Source: Camelus dromedarius (lineage: Eukaryota). From it: a stretch of DNA of 64,000 bases. Position numbers and translations under genes: made by a program. The DNA is taken from contig NC_087436.1 in assembly GCF_036321535.1 (NCBI RefSeq), positions 67,210,001 to 67,274,000 on the forward strand, written 5' to 3'. The notes under the pieces are model-generated. The model did no database searches. It saw only the letters and a program-made list of their open reading frames with translations, and had not been told where the DNA came from. Shown here in pieces: positions 1-13,297 of this stretch. How positions within the stretch are numbered: position 1 is the stretch's first letter; each line of letters opens with the position of its first letter.

Positions 1-1700
1 ACACCAAAACCACAATTCATAAAAGAAAGAAGTAGGTAAATATTAAGAAACTTCTGCTCTGTAAAGTCTCTTGTAAAGAGGATGAAAATACTGTCCATAG
101 ACCTGGAGAAAATATTTGCAAAACATATATCTGATAAAAGATTGTCATTCAAAATACACAAAACTCCCTTAAATTCAACAACAAGAAAATAATCAATCCA
201 ATTTAAAAAATGGGCAAACGATCTGAACAGACTGTTCACCAAGAAAGATATATAGATGGTAAATAAGCATATGAAACAATGCATTACATCATTTATCATT
301 AGAAAATTGCAAAATTAAAACAACAAAAAGTTATACTGTGTATCTACTCTTATGTCTAAAATCCAAAAATGGACATTACCAATTGCTGGTGAGAATGCAG
401 ATTTGCAGGAACTCTGATTCATTGCTAGAATGAATCAAAATGGTAAGGCCACTTGGGAAGACAGTTTGGCAGTTTCTCACAAAGCTAAACACTATAGTTT
501 ATTATATGATCTAGCTATCAAAACTGGGGACATCCGTATGAACTTATGTTTAGCTTATGGATGTAGATGGTTACATATAGAAATACTTGAAGATATGCAT
601 ATATACATAGGTTAATATGTACACATATAATGCCTTGTTCTGTCAGCTGAGAGTGCCTAGAAGCGATGAAATCCTAGTGGCAACCAGTACACTAACCACC
701 CTGGTCTTGGTTTCAAATACTTCTATCTAATAAAGGGAGGGATCCTTGGAGAAATGGCTGATCTAGGACTGGGTTAGGAAATATACAAGATGGGCCCATG
801 ACATCATATAGTAACAGAAATTAAGGAAGTGCTCAAACAAAAAACAAAGAAAATACACCACAATGATAAGAATATGTCAGTGGGACATAGGATCCAATAG
901 TCAAAGCTGTAAAAATTTGATAACAAAATAAATGAAGTAGATTTGGCTTATAATCCAAAATTTAAAAAATATGTATCTAGGCGTCCATACTAAATGAATA
1001 TATGATTGAATAAATAAATAACTGAAGGATAATAGAAAAAGATTTTGTGCAGAAAAATTTCAAATAATTTATGTAGATAATTAAGTGAAGCATAGCTCCT
1101 TAGCCTATATGTGGGCTACACATAATGACTTCCTTCTATAATGTACAGTATGAAAGAGGGAGTGGTAGTGGTTATGGTAACTTTACAGTCAAGGGACCTG
1201 ATAAACACTCCCTCAACCAGGTGATCAAGGTTAACATCAACAGTGATAAGTCATTTTGGTATAAATATACCTTTGATATTATGTGATTAAATAGCACTGT
1301 ATCTCTTTGATCTTCCTCCCAAAACACATATCCTCAGTCTAATCATTAGAAAAACATCAGGCTAATCCAAATGTCCCAGAGGGACTAGTACTCCTTAAAA
1401 TTTTTAAGTTCACCAAAACAAGGAAGGCCTGAGAGTGTATCACAGTCAAATAGGAGCCTAAGGAGACATGATGAGTAAAAAGGATGTGATATCCTGGATG
1501 GAATCCCAGAAGAGAAGAAGAACACTAGGCAAAAACTAAGAGAATCTGGATAAACTATGGACTTCAGTTAATAATAATGTATCAGTATTGGTTTATTAAT
1601 TGTGACAACTGTACCATTCTAATGCAGGATGTTAATAACAGGGAAAACTGGGGTGGATGTATGGGAACTCTGTGCACTATGTTTAAAATAAAACACTACT
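1..1700 (+). mobile_element. Old LINE-1 (L1MC-like): degenerate ORF2 3' end plus long 3' UTR
   Basis: Decayed ORF2 C-terminal motifs (ctggagaaaatatttgcaaaacatatatctgataaaag; aaaaaatgggcaaacgatctgaacagac) followed by an L1MC-type 3' UTR (gtgatcaaggttaacatcaacagtgataagtca; gtatgggaactctgtgcactat). Confidence 0.85.
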
Positions 1701-1780
1701 TAAAACAATCGATGGAGAATTCAGTTTGATAGAATTATAATCCCTTCAGAGTGTTTGTGAAAGATAGTCATTATCAGTAG

Positions 1781-1798
1781 CAGCAGCAGCAGCAGCAG
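1781..1798 (+). repeat. (CAG)6 short trinucleotide repeat
   Basis: cagcagcagcagcagcag read directly. Confidence 0.9.
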
Positions 1799-1835
1799 AA
1801 TCAATGTCAAAAATTAAATTTAAAATATAGCATTC

Positions 1836-1885
1836 AACTCCTGAAACTAATATAATATTGTAAACTATACTTTAATAAAACAAGC
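1836..1885 (+). mobile_element. Ultra-short L1 3'-terminal insertion
   Basis: L1 terminus ctgaaactaatataatattgtaaactatactttaataaaa, flanked by TSD aaaatatag[c/t]attc (1822-1835 and 1886-1899) at a TT/AAAA site. Confidence 0.75.
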
Positions 1886-2329
1886 AAAATATAGTATTCC
1901 ACAAATATAAATTACCTTAGTATGCAGAGACAAAACACAATCTGAGAAATATAAAAAAATTAAGATTCAATATACATTTTTGACCTACTAATTGATCCTA
2001 AATTAGATCAATGTAGTAGAAACTACAAGGTTCCAAGCTGGCAAGAGTGTGCTAAAATTGATACTTGTATAAGTGAAGGTTTATTGTGAAGAGGTTCAAT
2101 TTATTTGCAGAGTGATAAAACATGATAGTGATTGACCTCATTAATACCAATTCTAGAAATATTTTCTAACAAAATAAATCATATTTGAATAAAAATCATA
2201 TGCATGACAATGCTCTTTGCCATGATATTTTAAAAAATGAAAATATCTTAAAAGCACAATGTTAATAGAATGAGTAAATAAATGATGGTTTATTTACTCA
2301 GTGGAACATTACAGACCCTGTAAGATAGG

Positions 2330-3770
2330 TATAACATATTCTGATCTGTATTTTAAAGAGACCACTCCAATTGATTTGTTGAAAATAGTCTGTAGGTGGG
2401 AAGCAGTGGGAATGTAAGCAGCTTTCCAGTTAAGAAAACTCCAGGCAGAAGATAGTGGGAGTTTCGAATAGGAAAGCGAAATTAAAGGTGCTGAGAATCG
2501 GTTATACTTTGTATTTACTGGGAAGATTGGTTTGATAAAATTTTCTGATGAAATGGATGTGAGATGTGAAGTAAAGAATAGATCAAGTATTATTCCAAGG
2601 TTTTTGCTAAGAGCAACTGCAAGAAAGGAGTTAGCATTTGGACAAAGACGACACTGCAGAAGAGCAGGTTTGGGAAAGAAATTCAGGAGTTTGGTTTGGG
2701 AAATTTTAAGGTCGAGATACTTAAAGTTTGTTTTGAAGAAGAGATATTGTACAGCACGTATGAATTCTAGTTGGAGTGATCCATAGTTGGGGGAAAAATC
2801 CTGATGATTTAGAAAAAAATGGTAATAATTGCTGGAATTATTTCCTTGAGTAGGTCTGATGATTATGATACCATTTCCAAGTAGGGTAATTGATTTTAAA
2901 TAAGAACAAATATTGTAATTCAGACAAACATGAGGAAAGACAAGGTAGGTAGACACAGATGCAAGGATGTGGATGAAGCCTGATTGGAGCATGGGGGTGT
3001 TCTTTTCTCGTTGTTTTATTATCAGTAAGTAGTAATGTCAGAAAGAAGACTGGTGCATATGTGGTGGAGGCTTGAAGAGAGAAACATGTTACAGATAATT
3101 ATCTGGGAGAGTGGAAGAGCAAATGCAGTAAGGCTGGAAGACTAATAACTGATTTTAGTAGTGATAGATACAAGGAGAGAGCAGTAAACTTGCTTGTAGA
3201 TTTTCAGCACTTTGTCAGCTCTTTGGGTACAGGCATGAGTTACTGGAGAATTAGATTTGACAATGGTTAACATTGTGAATGCACGATGTGAGAAGAGAAA
3301 ATCAAAGAAATTTCCAGAAAGTTATTATATTCATGGGCCATGGCATTAGCAATAGGTTAAAAGTAAAATTAGGACATGATGGTAGTGAGTAATAGAAAAA
3401 AAAAAAGTGGAAGGATATATGGGTGATAAGACCTGTTCCAGTGAAGAATTACTGTAAAGAATGTATTTGAAAGATTGAAAATGAGAGTTTAAGAGCAAAA
3501 CACTTGACATTGTAAGGGAAGTAGTGAAGCTATTGGCAATGTAAAGGTGTAAGCTATAATCACAGGGTGATTGAAATGGCATGCAGGGTATATTAATTGA
3601 AGGGGAGAGGTGGGGAAAAAAAAGGTTGGGGGAAGAGTGAGAGAGAGAGAGAAATCAGACAATAGGAAGAATTATTTATGTGATATTAAAATTACCAAAA
3701 TTTATGGCAAAGGTAATATTGGAGAGCAGAGCAGTATTTTGGAATCTAAATCTTAATGGAATGATGGGCA
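2330..3770 (-). mobile_element. LINE-2 (L2) remnant
   Basis: Purine-rich antisense L2 signatures (atggatgtgagatgtgaag...ccaaggtttttgctaagagcaactg; agagcaggtttggg...caggagtttggtttgggaaattttaagg). Confidence 0.75.
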
Positions 3771-3927
3771 GCATTTGAGACTGCATGTCTTATAGCTGAC
3801 TGCATGTCTTAAAAATAAAGGTAAAAATAAATGAGGTAAGCATTCAATATAAAAAGTACATGAGAAAATGACCAATCTCGAAAGAAATAATAGTAATGCA
3901 AATCTAAACTATTTCAGGGTATCCAGT

Positions 3928-4002
<75 letters not shown>
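3928..4002 (+). repeat. (CT)n(CA)n compound microsatellite
   Basis: Read directly. Confidence 0.95.
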
Positions 4003-4003
4003 G

Positions 4004-5250
4004 AGTGATGTTGCCAAGATCTGGAGAATTGTGAACTCACATGCAGTTTTTGTGGACCAATAACTGCACAACCACTTTGGAGGAAAATTTGATTTTACCT
4101 AATAAATGTGAAGATGACCATCTTGTCAGACAGTCCCTGTATTGGAGGAGGTTATGGAGAGGACATGACCACAGGGTGACTCAAGAGCTAGACCAGGGCA
4201 ATCACAAGTTCCTTACTCCCATCCCTGTCCTTGAAATGTACTTCTGCCCACTGTTCCCGCAGTGGGAACTATATTTGAGGATGAGACTTGAGAGAACAGT
4301 GTGTTATTGAGACCATCTGGACAGTATATATGACTGAATCCATTAATACCTGTATATAAACTTTTAAGATTCTGGCCAGGGCTGGGGGTCCAGAAATCTG
4401 TCTTGTGGCTGCCCAAGACAAGGCTCCTATGTAAGTTCCCTTGCTTATTAAACCTGCCACCTGCCTATCTACAGTAGTCTGCCTCTTTCTTGGGTCTCCC
4501 ATTGTCCTCCATGTAAAGAGGCCAGTTTGCAAAGTAACACGCCTGTAATTCTACTTGTAGGAATATGTCTGTGAGCTGCATTTCCTTTGCTTCCTTGGAC
4601 TTAAAAGACATCTGGGTAGCTCAAGTTAAAAAATGGTCCCAGACTCCTCTGGAGAGGATCCTAGAAAATTTTGCTGAGTATTTCCCAGTTAAGTAATAAA
4701 GTTGTTCTTACCACTTTGGAGCCACCACCCTAAGTAAACGCTAGCACATGGGAACAATGGGAATATAGAGAACATTTACTGAAACTTAGTTTGTCACAAA
4801 CAGAATGATTTAACTGAAATATCATAAATAGTGGTACATTCATATAATGGATTAAAGTTCTTAAAATGAATGAACAGCAGACATAACTTATAGGAGTAAG
4901 TCTCAAAAACAGAGCAAAATAAGAAAGACACTATTTTCATAAAACATGATAACAGGAAATATGCCAACTAATACTACATTTTCTCTATAAATACATACAT
5001 AGATAAAATATGAGAAATTGCTGAATATGATGAACACCATATTCCAGGCAGTGGAGACCACCTCTAGAGTGCATTAATAAAGAAGAATGAGATGAATAGA
5101 ATACATGGAGTTTCAAATCTACCAATATTTCCTTTTTTAAAAAAAATATGGCAAATACATTTCATGAAGATATACAATAGTTTTATATTTTAAAGTTTAA
5201 TTTATGTACAACTATACTTTTATACCTACATATTTATATTTGGACTACTA
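4004..5250 (+). mobile_element. Ancient L1ME-like fragment interrupted by insertions
   Basis: Degenerate ORF2 end and 3' UTR motifs (acaaccactttggaggaaaatttg; gtaattctacttgtaggaatatgtc; gtggtacattcatataatgga) on either side of the LTR. Confidence 0.6.
4124..4539 (+). mobile_element. Solo ERV-type LTR (416 bp)
   Basis: TG...CA termini (tgtcagac...gtaaca), TATA-like tatataaa near 4353, ATTAAA near 4447, higher GC than the flanks, and it interrupts a collinear L1 sequence. Confidence 0.7.
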
Positions 5251-8200
5251 ACTTTTTCCATTCATTAAATATAACTTAAATTTCCCTGTATAAGCAATAG
5301 CCACAAATAAAGCCTATGTGGCTTGATACTGATGATTTTTATCTCCTTTTACTGGAAACACTTTCTGTATGACTTTACTATCTTGTTGCCCAAATGTAAC
5401 AACTGTTAAATTAATAGCTAATCATGGTTAGCCTTAAAATACTTATTAGTCTTGAACTAGAAAATAAGCATTATAGAAGTAGATCTATCTGTAAACCAAT
5501 AAGCAATCAAAATCTCGCTATGTATGTTTTTAGATGATCAAAAATGGGTTTCAGGTTTTAGAGACAAACTGGCTACACAAGAAACATCATGTTAAAAAAT
5601 TAAAGGAACGTAAAAGGAAATTATTCCCTCTCACCAAGTGTTACCAGAGGGAATTTTCTCATGATTTTGGTATTTTGGACACATTATGCATCTGTCTTTC
5701 CTGCTTCACTTTGAGGTCCTTGAAGGCCAAGCTTGGTTCCTTCATTTTTCTGCCCCGTAAACTAGACCTCTGTCTAACACATACCAGTGCCTCAATGTAT
5801 GTGTGAATTGAATTCATGTCAGTTGCAGAAACGAGAAAAAAAAGTTGAAAAAAAGAATAACAATTCACAGAAGATTTCGTATTTTAATTCTTGCATATGG
5901 TAACAGATGACCAAGTGCTGGAAGTTTGAAATAGCAACAAAACAAAACACACAAAAAAATCTCATTGGCTTCCTGGGGACTGTCTTTACACTGACATGTG
6001 CACAAGATCACAGCTGAACATAAAGGATCCTTCTGTCATTTTAAAAATCCAGATTATCATTGTGCTTAAAAATGCACTCAGGCTATTTTTACTATATTTC
6101 AGTATATAGTTCACATGGCATGTGACATGGTTACTATTTTCAAAAAATAGAAGTTTGTGGCTGGCACTGCAGGTGAAAATGTGAAGAAAAAATAATCTCT
6201 TGTTAAAAGAAGAAAAATGGAGGCTAAGAATGTCCATCCATAAATGGAAAAACACATGATGTCCTTGGGATTAAAGAGCTTTTTCTTTTTCTAGTTAGAA
6301 ACATCACATCTCCATCAGCATAAATTTTCTCAGTGCATAGAGATGCATGTTTAGTGACATATTCAGAAAGTCTACCTGCAGAATACTTGATCAGAGACAC
6401 TTTATTCAATGATATACATGGAACTGTAAGATAAGGCAGTTGAATGTCTACAGAATTTGCTATTAAGACTAAAACTTGATGTTCTCTTACTGCTGGTATT
6501 AGAGTACGGGATACCACTTACTCTTGAATGTTCTTTTGCTTTCTCTTGTTCACTAGGTAATGTGCTCTATTAAGAGATAATCTTTTTTATCATTTGCCTT
6601 CAAATACTTAGTTAACACTATCTGCAGTGCAGGTGTTTAACATTCTAAACCATTTCTAGCCGATAGAAATAAAAAATAATGAATGTCGTTTGACAAGCTT
6701 AAAAATTATCTTTTCAGAATGATTCCCTGAAGGCATATCTTTGTGTAGTGTAGAAGCAAAATCTAAAAATATTTTTGATTAGTTGGCGTATTTTCTGCAA
6801 AAGTAGATTTATATTAAAGTTAATTCTTATTTTTCTTTAAAAAAGCCTCAGCAATGTATATATAAGTTTTGACTGATTTCCATATTGTAAATTGTGGAAT
6901 AAATCTCAGGGCAGATCATGAGGAATAACAGCTGCATCTAAATGAAGGGTTGCTGATGCATCACCTCATTTCTTTAACAAGCTGGAAAATAAAATGCCCT
7001 TTTTCCTAAAAGATACTAGGTTGATTAGGAATATTTATATATGAAGAGTCTCCTGATCTGAGATACTTTGCTGATGTCCTTTTCTTTCACTCTGTGTATT
7101 TGGTCTCATTAGTAAGACTTCATTAACATGTCAACTTAGGTTCAAATTGAATAGCTTTCTACTAGTCCCAGGTATTAATATTTTTTTGTACAGATGCCAA
7201 CACCAGGTGTATGTGTGCTTGTTCCATACATGGTCAACTACTGGTCTTTATAATTTCATTTTTTTCCTACGAGAGAAAGATAGAGGAGACCCTGATTATA
7301 GCTAGTTCATTAGCATTTTGTGATACTATTGACTTGTTACATAGTAAAGACTAGATCTGCTAGGAAATCTCACTTCTGTTTAATCTAAATTACATAGTTG
7401 GGAGCAACTCAGGGGAAGTGTTTTATTCTGATATAGTAGTTTCTTTTTAAACTCCATAGTATTACAGTGACAATGACTCTTGTGACACTACTCCATGAAT
7501 AGGGCATTGGACAATTTTAAATTTAGGTTACCTCAAAATGAAATAATCTTGGAACTTTAATATCTAGTCTTCTTTGGTTAGGTTCCACATCAGAATAATT
7601 TTCTTTCAAATGTAACTCAATACAGTATAGAATTATTACGTCTAACACAACATACACAAACATGGGCATGTTAGGAGTAATTCTTCAAAAATGTTTTTTA
7701 ATAAGGTAACTATGTTGTATGTTTTTAAATCAAAGAACCACTTAGGAATATGTTCCTGCTAGTGGAGATATATCAAATCTAAAAATAATTATCTAGGAGA
7801 TAATTACATTTAATTTATTTGTAAATTTCCCTGTTGACTTTATTATTAATATATGTATAGAAATGGAGAGCATCAGACGGACTATATCTGCATGATTAAA
7901 ATGATTGCAACCATTAACAATCAAAATTTTTTATCTTACTTATAGCATTTTGAAGAGCCTTATGAGCAAGTGGTATTCAAAAATATATGCATACTTTTCA
8001 AATGGAGAGCATTATAATAATATAAAATTGTTTTTTTCTGTTCAGAGTCTACAAATAATCAGCAAATTACTGGCAGGTCAAAAGTTGTTTGTAAGGGTAA
8101 TTAGAATTTTCAAGCTGCTTATGGCTGTAAAAGAAGTCACATCAACAACAGGACCCATCTTTGACTGATTTATTTCTTATGCTTGTTAATTCAAAAGACT

Positions 8201-9967
8201 CCCTCCATATTGGAGATCTGAAGGGATATTATGTATGCATCCCCATGATACCTGTGTTGATCATCCCAGCAGGAACAGTGCTCTGCTGTGCTGTACCCAT
8301 GACCCTCAAGTGCTGCCTCCACTCAGTACTGCTCCACCAGGTATAAAGGATCCTGTCATTATTATATTAAAGAAGATTATTCTGCTCTTCTGTGTAGAAT
8401 AGTTTTCTTCCAAGATCTACAAAATGGAGACTCTGAGCACTGGTCTGAAAAAGTCAGTAAATGGTCCTTCTCATGTTGCTACTGGCTTGCTTTTCAGGCT
8501 GTGTGGTTTGCCCCCTTTAGTGTCTAGGGCTGTTGTAATAACTGCAACTTGCTTTAAGGTACTTGGGTAGAATATGCGTGTCACATATTTTTCATCTATC
8601 TATTTTTAGTAATTGGTTAACAATTTGAACTACCTTAAACTAGGCAGGAACTCACATTTCAGAAGGAGCTACAAAGGAGCTTCACTGATCTTTATCTCTG
8701 ACCAAGCAGTTTTACTAATTAGCATAATGGATGTTACAAATTATTTTTGTAGCTTTAAAGATGGGTATTTGAAATGTATAAATTGGCTGTAATTATTGTC
8801 CTTTGCATGGAAAGTAGATGGCTGAAGTTCTTTGGAATGAGTCTCTTAAATTAGGATTCAGTCCAGTTCTGTGTACGAATGCTTGTTGGTGAATGCTGCT
8901 GCCTGACTCTGGCTCTAAATTCAGGTGTATTGTGCCTGGAGAATGTTAATATATCTGCTTCTAGCAAAACTTTTATTCTAGGCACACTCAAAATACCTAA
9001 AAGGACAGAGAGTTTAGATTACAGAACAAGTTGTTTGGCTCTTTCTGTGCCTGTTCTTATGTGTAGCAGAATTCACTTCCGTGACTTTGTTCCTTTCCAC
9101 ATAATTGGAGAAGGGGAGGGACTGAGGAAATATAGAGAGTACATATATGGTCTTTACTTACTTCTTAGTGTTCAAGGTTAACAGTATTTTTCAGCAAGAA
9201 TTCTAATAATCCTCACTGTTGGAAATGGCTCAGGTCACTTTGCACAAGGTAACAGCCAGCAAGCATTGCTAAAAAATCTCTTGCTACCTTGTTGGATTTC
9301 ACTTGTCACACCTTTTTTCTTATGCTCCTAGGAAGAATCCTCTTGAAGGAGGTTTCATAGCACCCCTGTAAATTAAACAGAGTTAGACCAATCCACAAAT
9401 ACAGATCCCAGTGTGTACTCAGTTGTATCTGCATCTCCAAAGGCACAAAGCTTTATCTCATTTCCCTATGCTTCTGTATGCGTTCAAACCACGTCTAAAA
9501 GGCCTTTCGCACGAGTTTTCCACATAGGTCCTGACATGATTAAACCTCTAACACAGACACAGCATAAGTGCCAGTTAATGTTTTTACCATGTAAGGAAAA
9601 ATATAAGCACTATACTATGAGTTATATGTGATTTGTGGTTTAGTGTTTATTCAGTGTGGTATTGAGCTACACAGAACTTTGGGGAATCGTTAGTTTTTAA
9701 AGGGGAACCTGTGTTCAGTCACTGAGAAATATTCATAATTAGTTGTCAGGTGTAATACCTGAGGATCTGAACTAATTTCAGTTAACAATTTAATTGGAAA
9801 AAAAAAAAAAGGTCTTTTTGGTATCTCTGCTTTTTAAGGAGTGTTTATGTCAATTACAAATAAATAAAGCATCTTTTTTTCCCCCTGAAGTTTCTGTTTC
9901 TTTCTTTTTGAGTATTTGTGGACAATGAGAAGTACTCCTTACCAATGTTTGTGCCAATTGTCTATCT

Positions 9968-10152
9968 TGGAGTGTCAGATAATTCAGAATGCCAGTTAAA
10001 TTTAAATTTCAGGTGGACAACAAATAATGTCTTACTATAAGTATGCCTCATGCAATATTTGAGACATACTTGTACCAAAAAATAGTTGTATATCAGAAAT
10101 TCAAATATAAGTGGTTGCCTCATATTCTTATTTGTTAAATCTGGCACCCCTA
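9968..10152. mobile_element. MER53-like palindromic hAT MITE
   Basis: Resembles the MER53 consensus (ccagttaaatttaaatttcag...tataagtatgcctcatgcaatatttgagacatacttgta...gaaattcaaat...aaatctggcaccccta); degenerate 8-bp TSD gtctatct/gtccatat. Confidence 0.85.
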
Positions 10153-11259
10153 GTCCATATACAACCAATAATAATTATATGAGGAACAGGATAGTATTAT
10201 GGACCTGATTTATTTCAGTAGCAAGCTATCACACATGTTCATACATATATATATGCACACACATATATATATTTAAACACATATCTATAGGTATGTATAT
10301 ACGTACACACAATAGTAGTTTTAGGCAGTTTAGGCATAAAACTCTCATCATCCATTTTGAAGCAAGTGTCTTGTACATATTTTTCCAACCTGTGTAATTT
10401 GAAGACGTTTCTCTTCCTGAAAATGTTGACTGCCTCAAATCTGAAAATAAACAGCACACATTCCCCCTTACCTAGTCCCACTTTCCCTGAATCTGTTAGT
10501 TTAAGAATCCTTTCACTTCAAAAGTAGGTGAAAGCCAGAAAGAAATCCTTCTCCTAGGCACAACTGTGAACCAAACTCTAAACTCACTGATTTGGAAGGC
10601 TCACATTCCCATCAGCTGGCAAGTCTTTGGTTTCAGTTTCTTTATCCTTCACTTCCTGTATACTGTATTTTAGGTCCTCTCCTCTTAATCCTGTTAGCTG
10701 ATTAGTTTACAGGAACTGATTTTTTTTTTTTTTTCTGGAGTTTATCTCTGCAATTTCTGGGTCTGGCTGCAGATATACAGACTGTCCATAAGAGAAAATG
10801 CTCTCTGTATTTGACTCCATTTTTCTTGTACCCTCTACTATCCTTCCTTTGCAAATGTGAGATATTCTGTATTCCCATCAATCGTGTTAGGGACCAAATG
10901 AGCCTCAGTGCACGTGTTTTTAATACATTGCATTCTGAAACCTTTCTCTAAGGAGCTCAGTGTACATCACTAACGTTATCTAATTACTACTCACAGCATC
11001 TGTAAGAAGCTTTGATATCCCGCTCTTGTAACTTCCAAATGGATACTGGCCACGGGGCCACAGAGCAAGGTTTGAAAATTTCTCAGATTGCTTAAAAGAG
11101 CTCATAAGAGTTTCTGTCCTTCCCCACCCTCATTTCACTGTGAATCCAGACCTGCCTCCTTTCTCTTAGCTTCTCCCCTGGGCTTTCCCTTTCATCATCC
11201 TAGTTCAAACCATCACATTACTTTTAAATATATATCTTTGTGATATTAATAGGTCTGTA

Positions 11260-11450
11260 TGTAATTTATAGATTCAAACGCCAGCTCTATAGATAACTGT
11301 GCTACAATGGGCAAGTTATTCAAACTTTTGAGCCTGACTTTTTCAAATGTAAAAGATACTTTTTTTTCAGAGTTACAAGAATATAGAGTAGTGAACATGA
11401 AATATTTGACACATTGCCCAGCATTTAGCAGACGTTTAGTAGGCTTCCTT
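11260..11450 (+). mobile_element. MIR SINE
   Basis: Core tgggcaagttattcaaacttttgagcctgactttttcaaatgtaaaa. Confidence 0.75.
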
Positions 11451-11684
11451 GTTATTATTAGAGTAAATGGATTGAGGCTGGATAAATAGTTGCTGTATAG
11501 AAAGTCCTTATGGAATTTTTTATAGAATTCAACAGTGGAGTCTCCTCAGTTATGCTTTAATAAGACAGCATGCTTAATTTATATTTCTGAGGCTTTGGAA
11601 GATAAAAATAATAACTTCTAGACAAATGATCCTATATAGTGGCCCTTCCAAATTTTACCAAGACATTGAATTACTTCATGTACA

Positions 11685-11885
11685 GGAAAGAACATGGCAG
11701 ACTCAAAGACTTACAGGTTGAATTTGCTGTATGATTTGGGGTTCATTATTTAATCTAATTAAATATTCGTTATCTATAAAATAATTGAGATAATCCATAC
11801 TCTGGTTTGTAAGAATTAAAGGAAATAAAAGTTGAGGATGTACCCAGTATGTTGTTGGTACCTGCAGGTAATAAACTATTAGTGA
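11685..11885 (+). mobile_element. MIR SINE (degenerate)
   Basis: gctgtatgatttgggg...ttatctataaaataattgagataat...aagaattaaaggaaataaa. Confidence 0.55.
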
Positions 11886-13297
11886 AAATATTAAGGGGAA
11901 GAATATCTTTGGGAAATTTTAATGACAAACTCTTAAAAGCTCTTATTTATCTGCAATTCGACTTGTAGGTATTCTTGAGGTCACTAATAAGTAAACACTA
12001 ATAATATTTTTGTTACTAAGACTTCTTAATTATATAATTAATGTATTTTTAAATGATAACTATTTATTACCCAAAATTCAGTTCTCTGGAAAATCTTAGG
12101 CTCCTTAAAAGGTCTATCCAATATACAGAAGTGGCCAAAAAAAAAAAAGGGTTCATTCTTTCATCAAAGTTTTTTCAAAGTTTTTTCAGTCTGTTTGGTC
12201 ACTTGGAAATGAATCTGTGTGGTCACCTAACAAACTGTCTGGTGCTAAGTACTTAAGTAATATTAGTTCCTTATGCTGACTGTAAGGGTCATCTTAAAGA
12301 TTTCATTCTTCCTACTTATTTTAGTATTCACTACAACATTTAGAGTACTCCAGGCTGCGTATTTCATTTAAAGCCAATGGATATCACTTTAATTTTGACC
12401 TGTCACCTTAGAATTTCCATTTCAGTTTTAAAAATTAAATTGTTTTTATGAGTATTTCAAATTACACGTTTAATATCTTACTCTGAACTTACTCCAGGTT
12501 TCCATAATTCATATGAGGATGTGATGGTCAAACCACCATTTAAAGAAAAACAAAAAAGAATTCATCTTTAACCTCAGACAAAAATTAATAAATGGTATAC
12601 TATATTTATTTCTACCCCATGAAGTTTCATTTATCAATTCTTTGTCTGTTAAAGTGACATATATAAACTAAATACTGAAATCAAAGTGAATGAACTTAAA
12701 TATTATAGTGCAGTTTACTCCTTTACATGCTCTCCCAGTCATTTCTAAACACTCAATCCTTCTTGGACTGTTTCAGTAGAATTTTTATGCCTAAGAAGTT
12801 TTTATTAAAGCTATACATTTTATATTTGAATAGCACCCATCAAGCATTAGGTTTAACCCAGTGGAGTGATTTTGCATCACAGGCATGAAAGATCAGAAAA
12901 AAAATTTACTCAACTTAAATATGCACAAGATGTTTTTAATCACACTCTTCACTGAAGTTATCAGTAAACTTTAAACTCAACCATAATAGAGATGAGAAAA
13001 ATGGGCTAAATTCTGCCCACAGATATTCATATAAAAACTCTTTAGAAATCAGTTACAGTTGTATTAGAGTTCTGTGTGATTTTCTGAGAGTAGAAATTGA
13101 CTTAAACCTGTTTAAATACCTTCAGTCTAACATGGTTGTGATGGGAAATTAGTGTTTTTACAGGGGAAAGATAAAATGGAAAACTAGTCAAAAATTGAAA
13201 ATATTCCTTTCACTCTCTCACATCTTCTTGTTGACTACCTTGTTGAATATATAAATGACTTTTTTCTGCACTAACTTAAATTAGTTGTAAGCATCTT

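Noticed and set aside
1781..1798. CAG repeat as a polyglutamine exon
   Set aside because: It has only six units, lies between L1 fragments and has no supporting ORF or splice context.
2309..2992. 227-aa ORF on the minus strand
   Set aside because: It lies within a decayed L2 in that element's sense orientation, so it is at most a fossil L2 reading frame. There is no evidence for a host gene.
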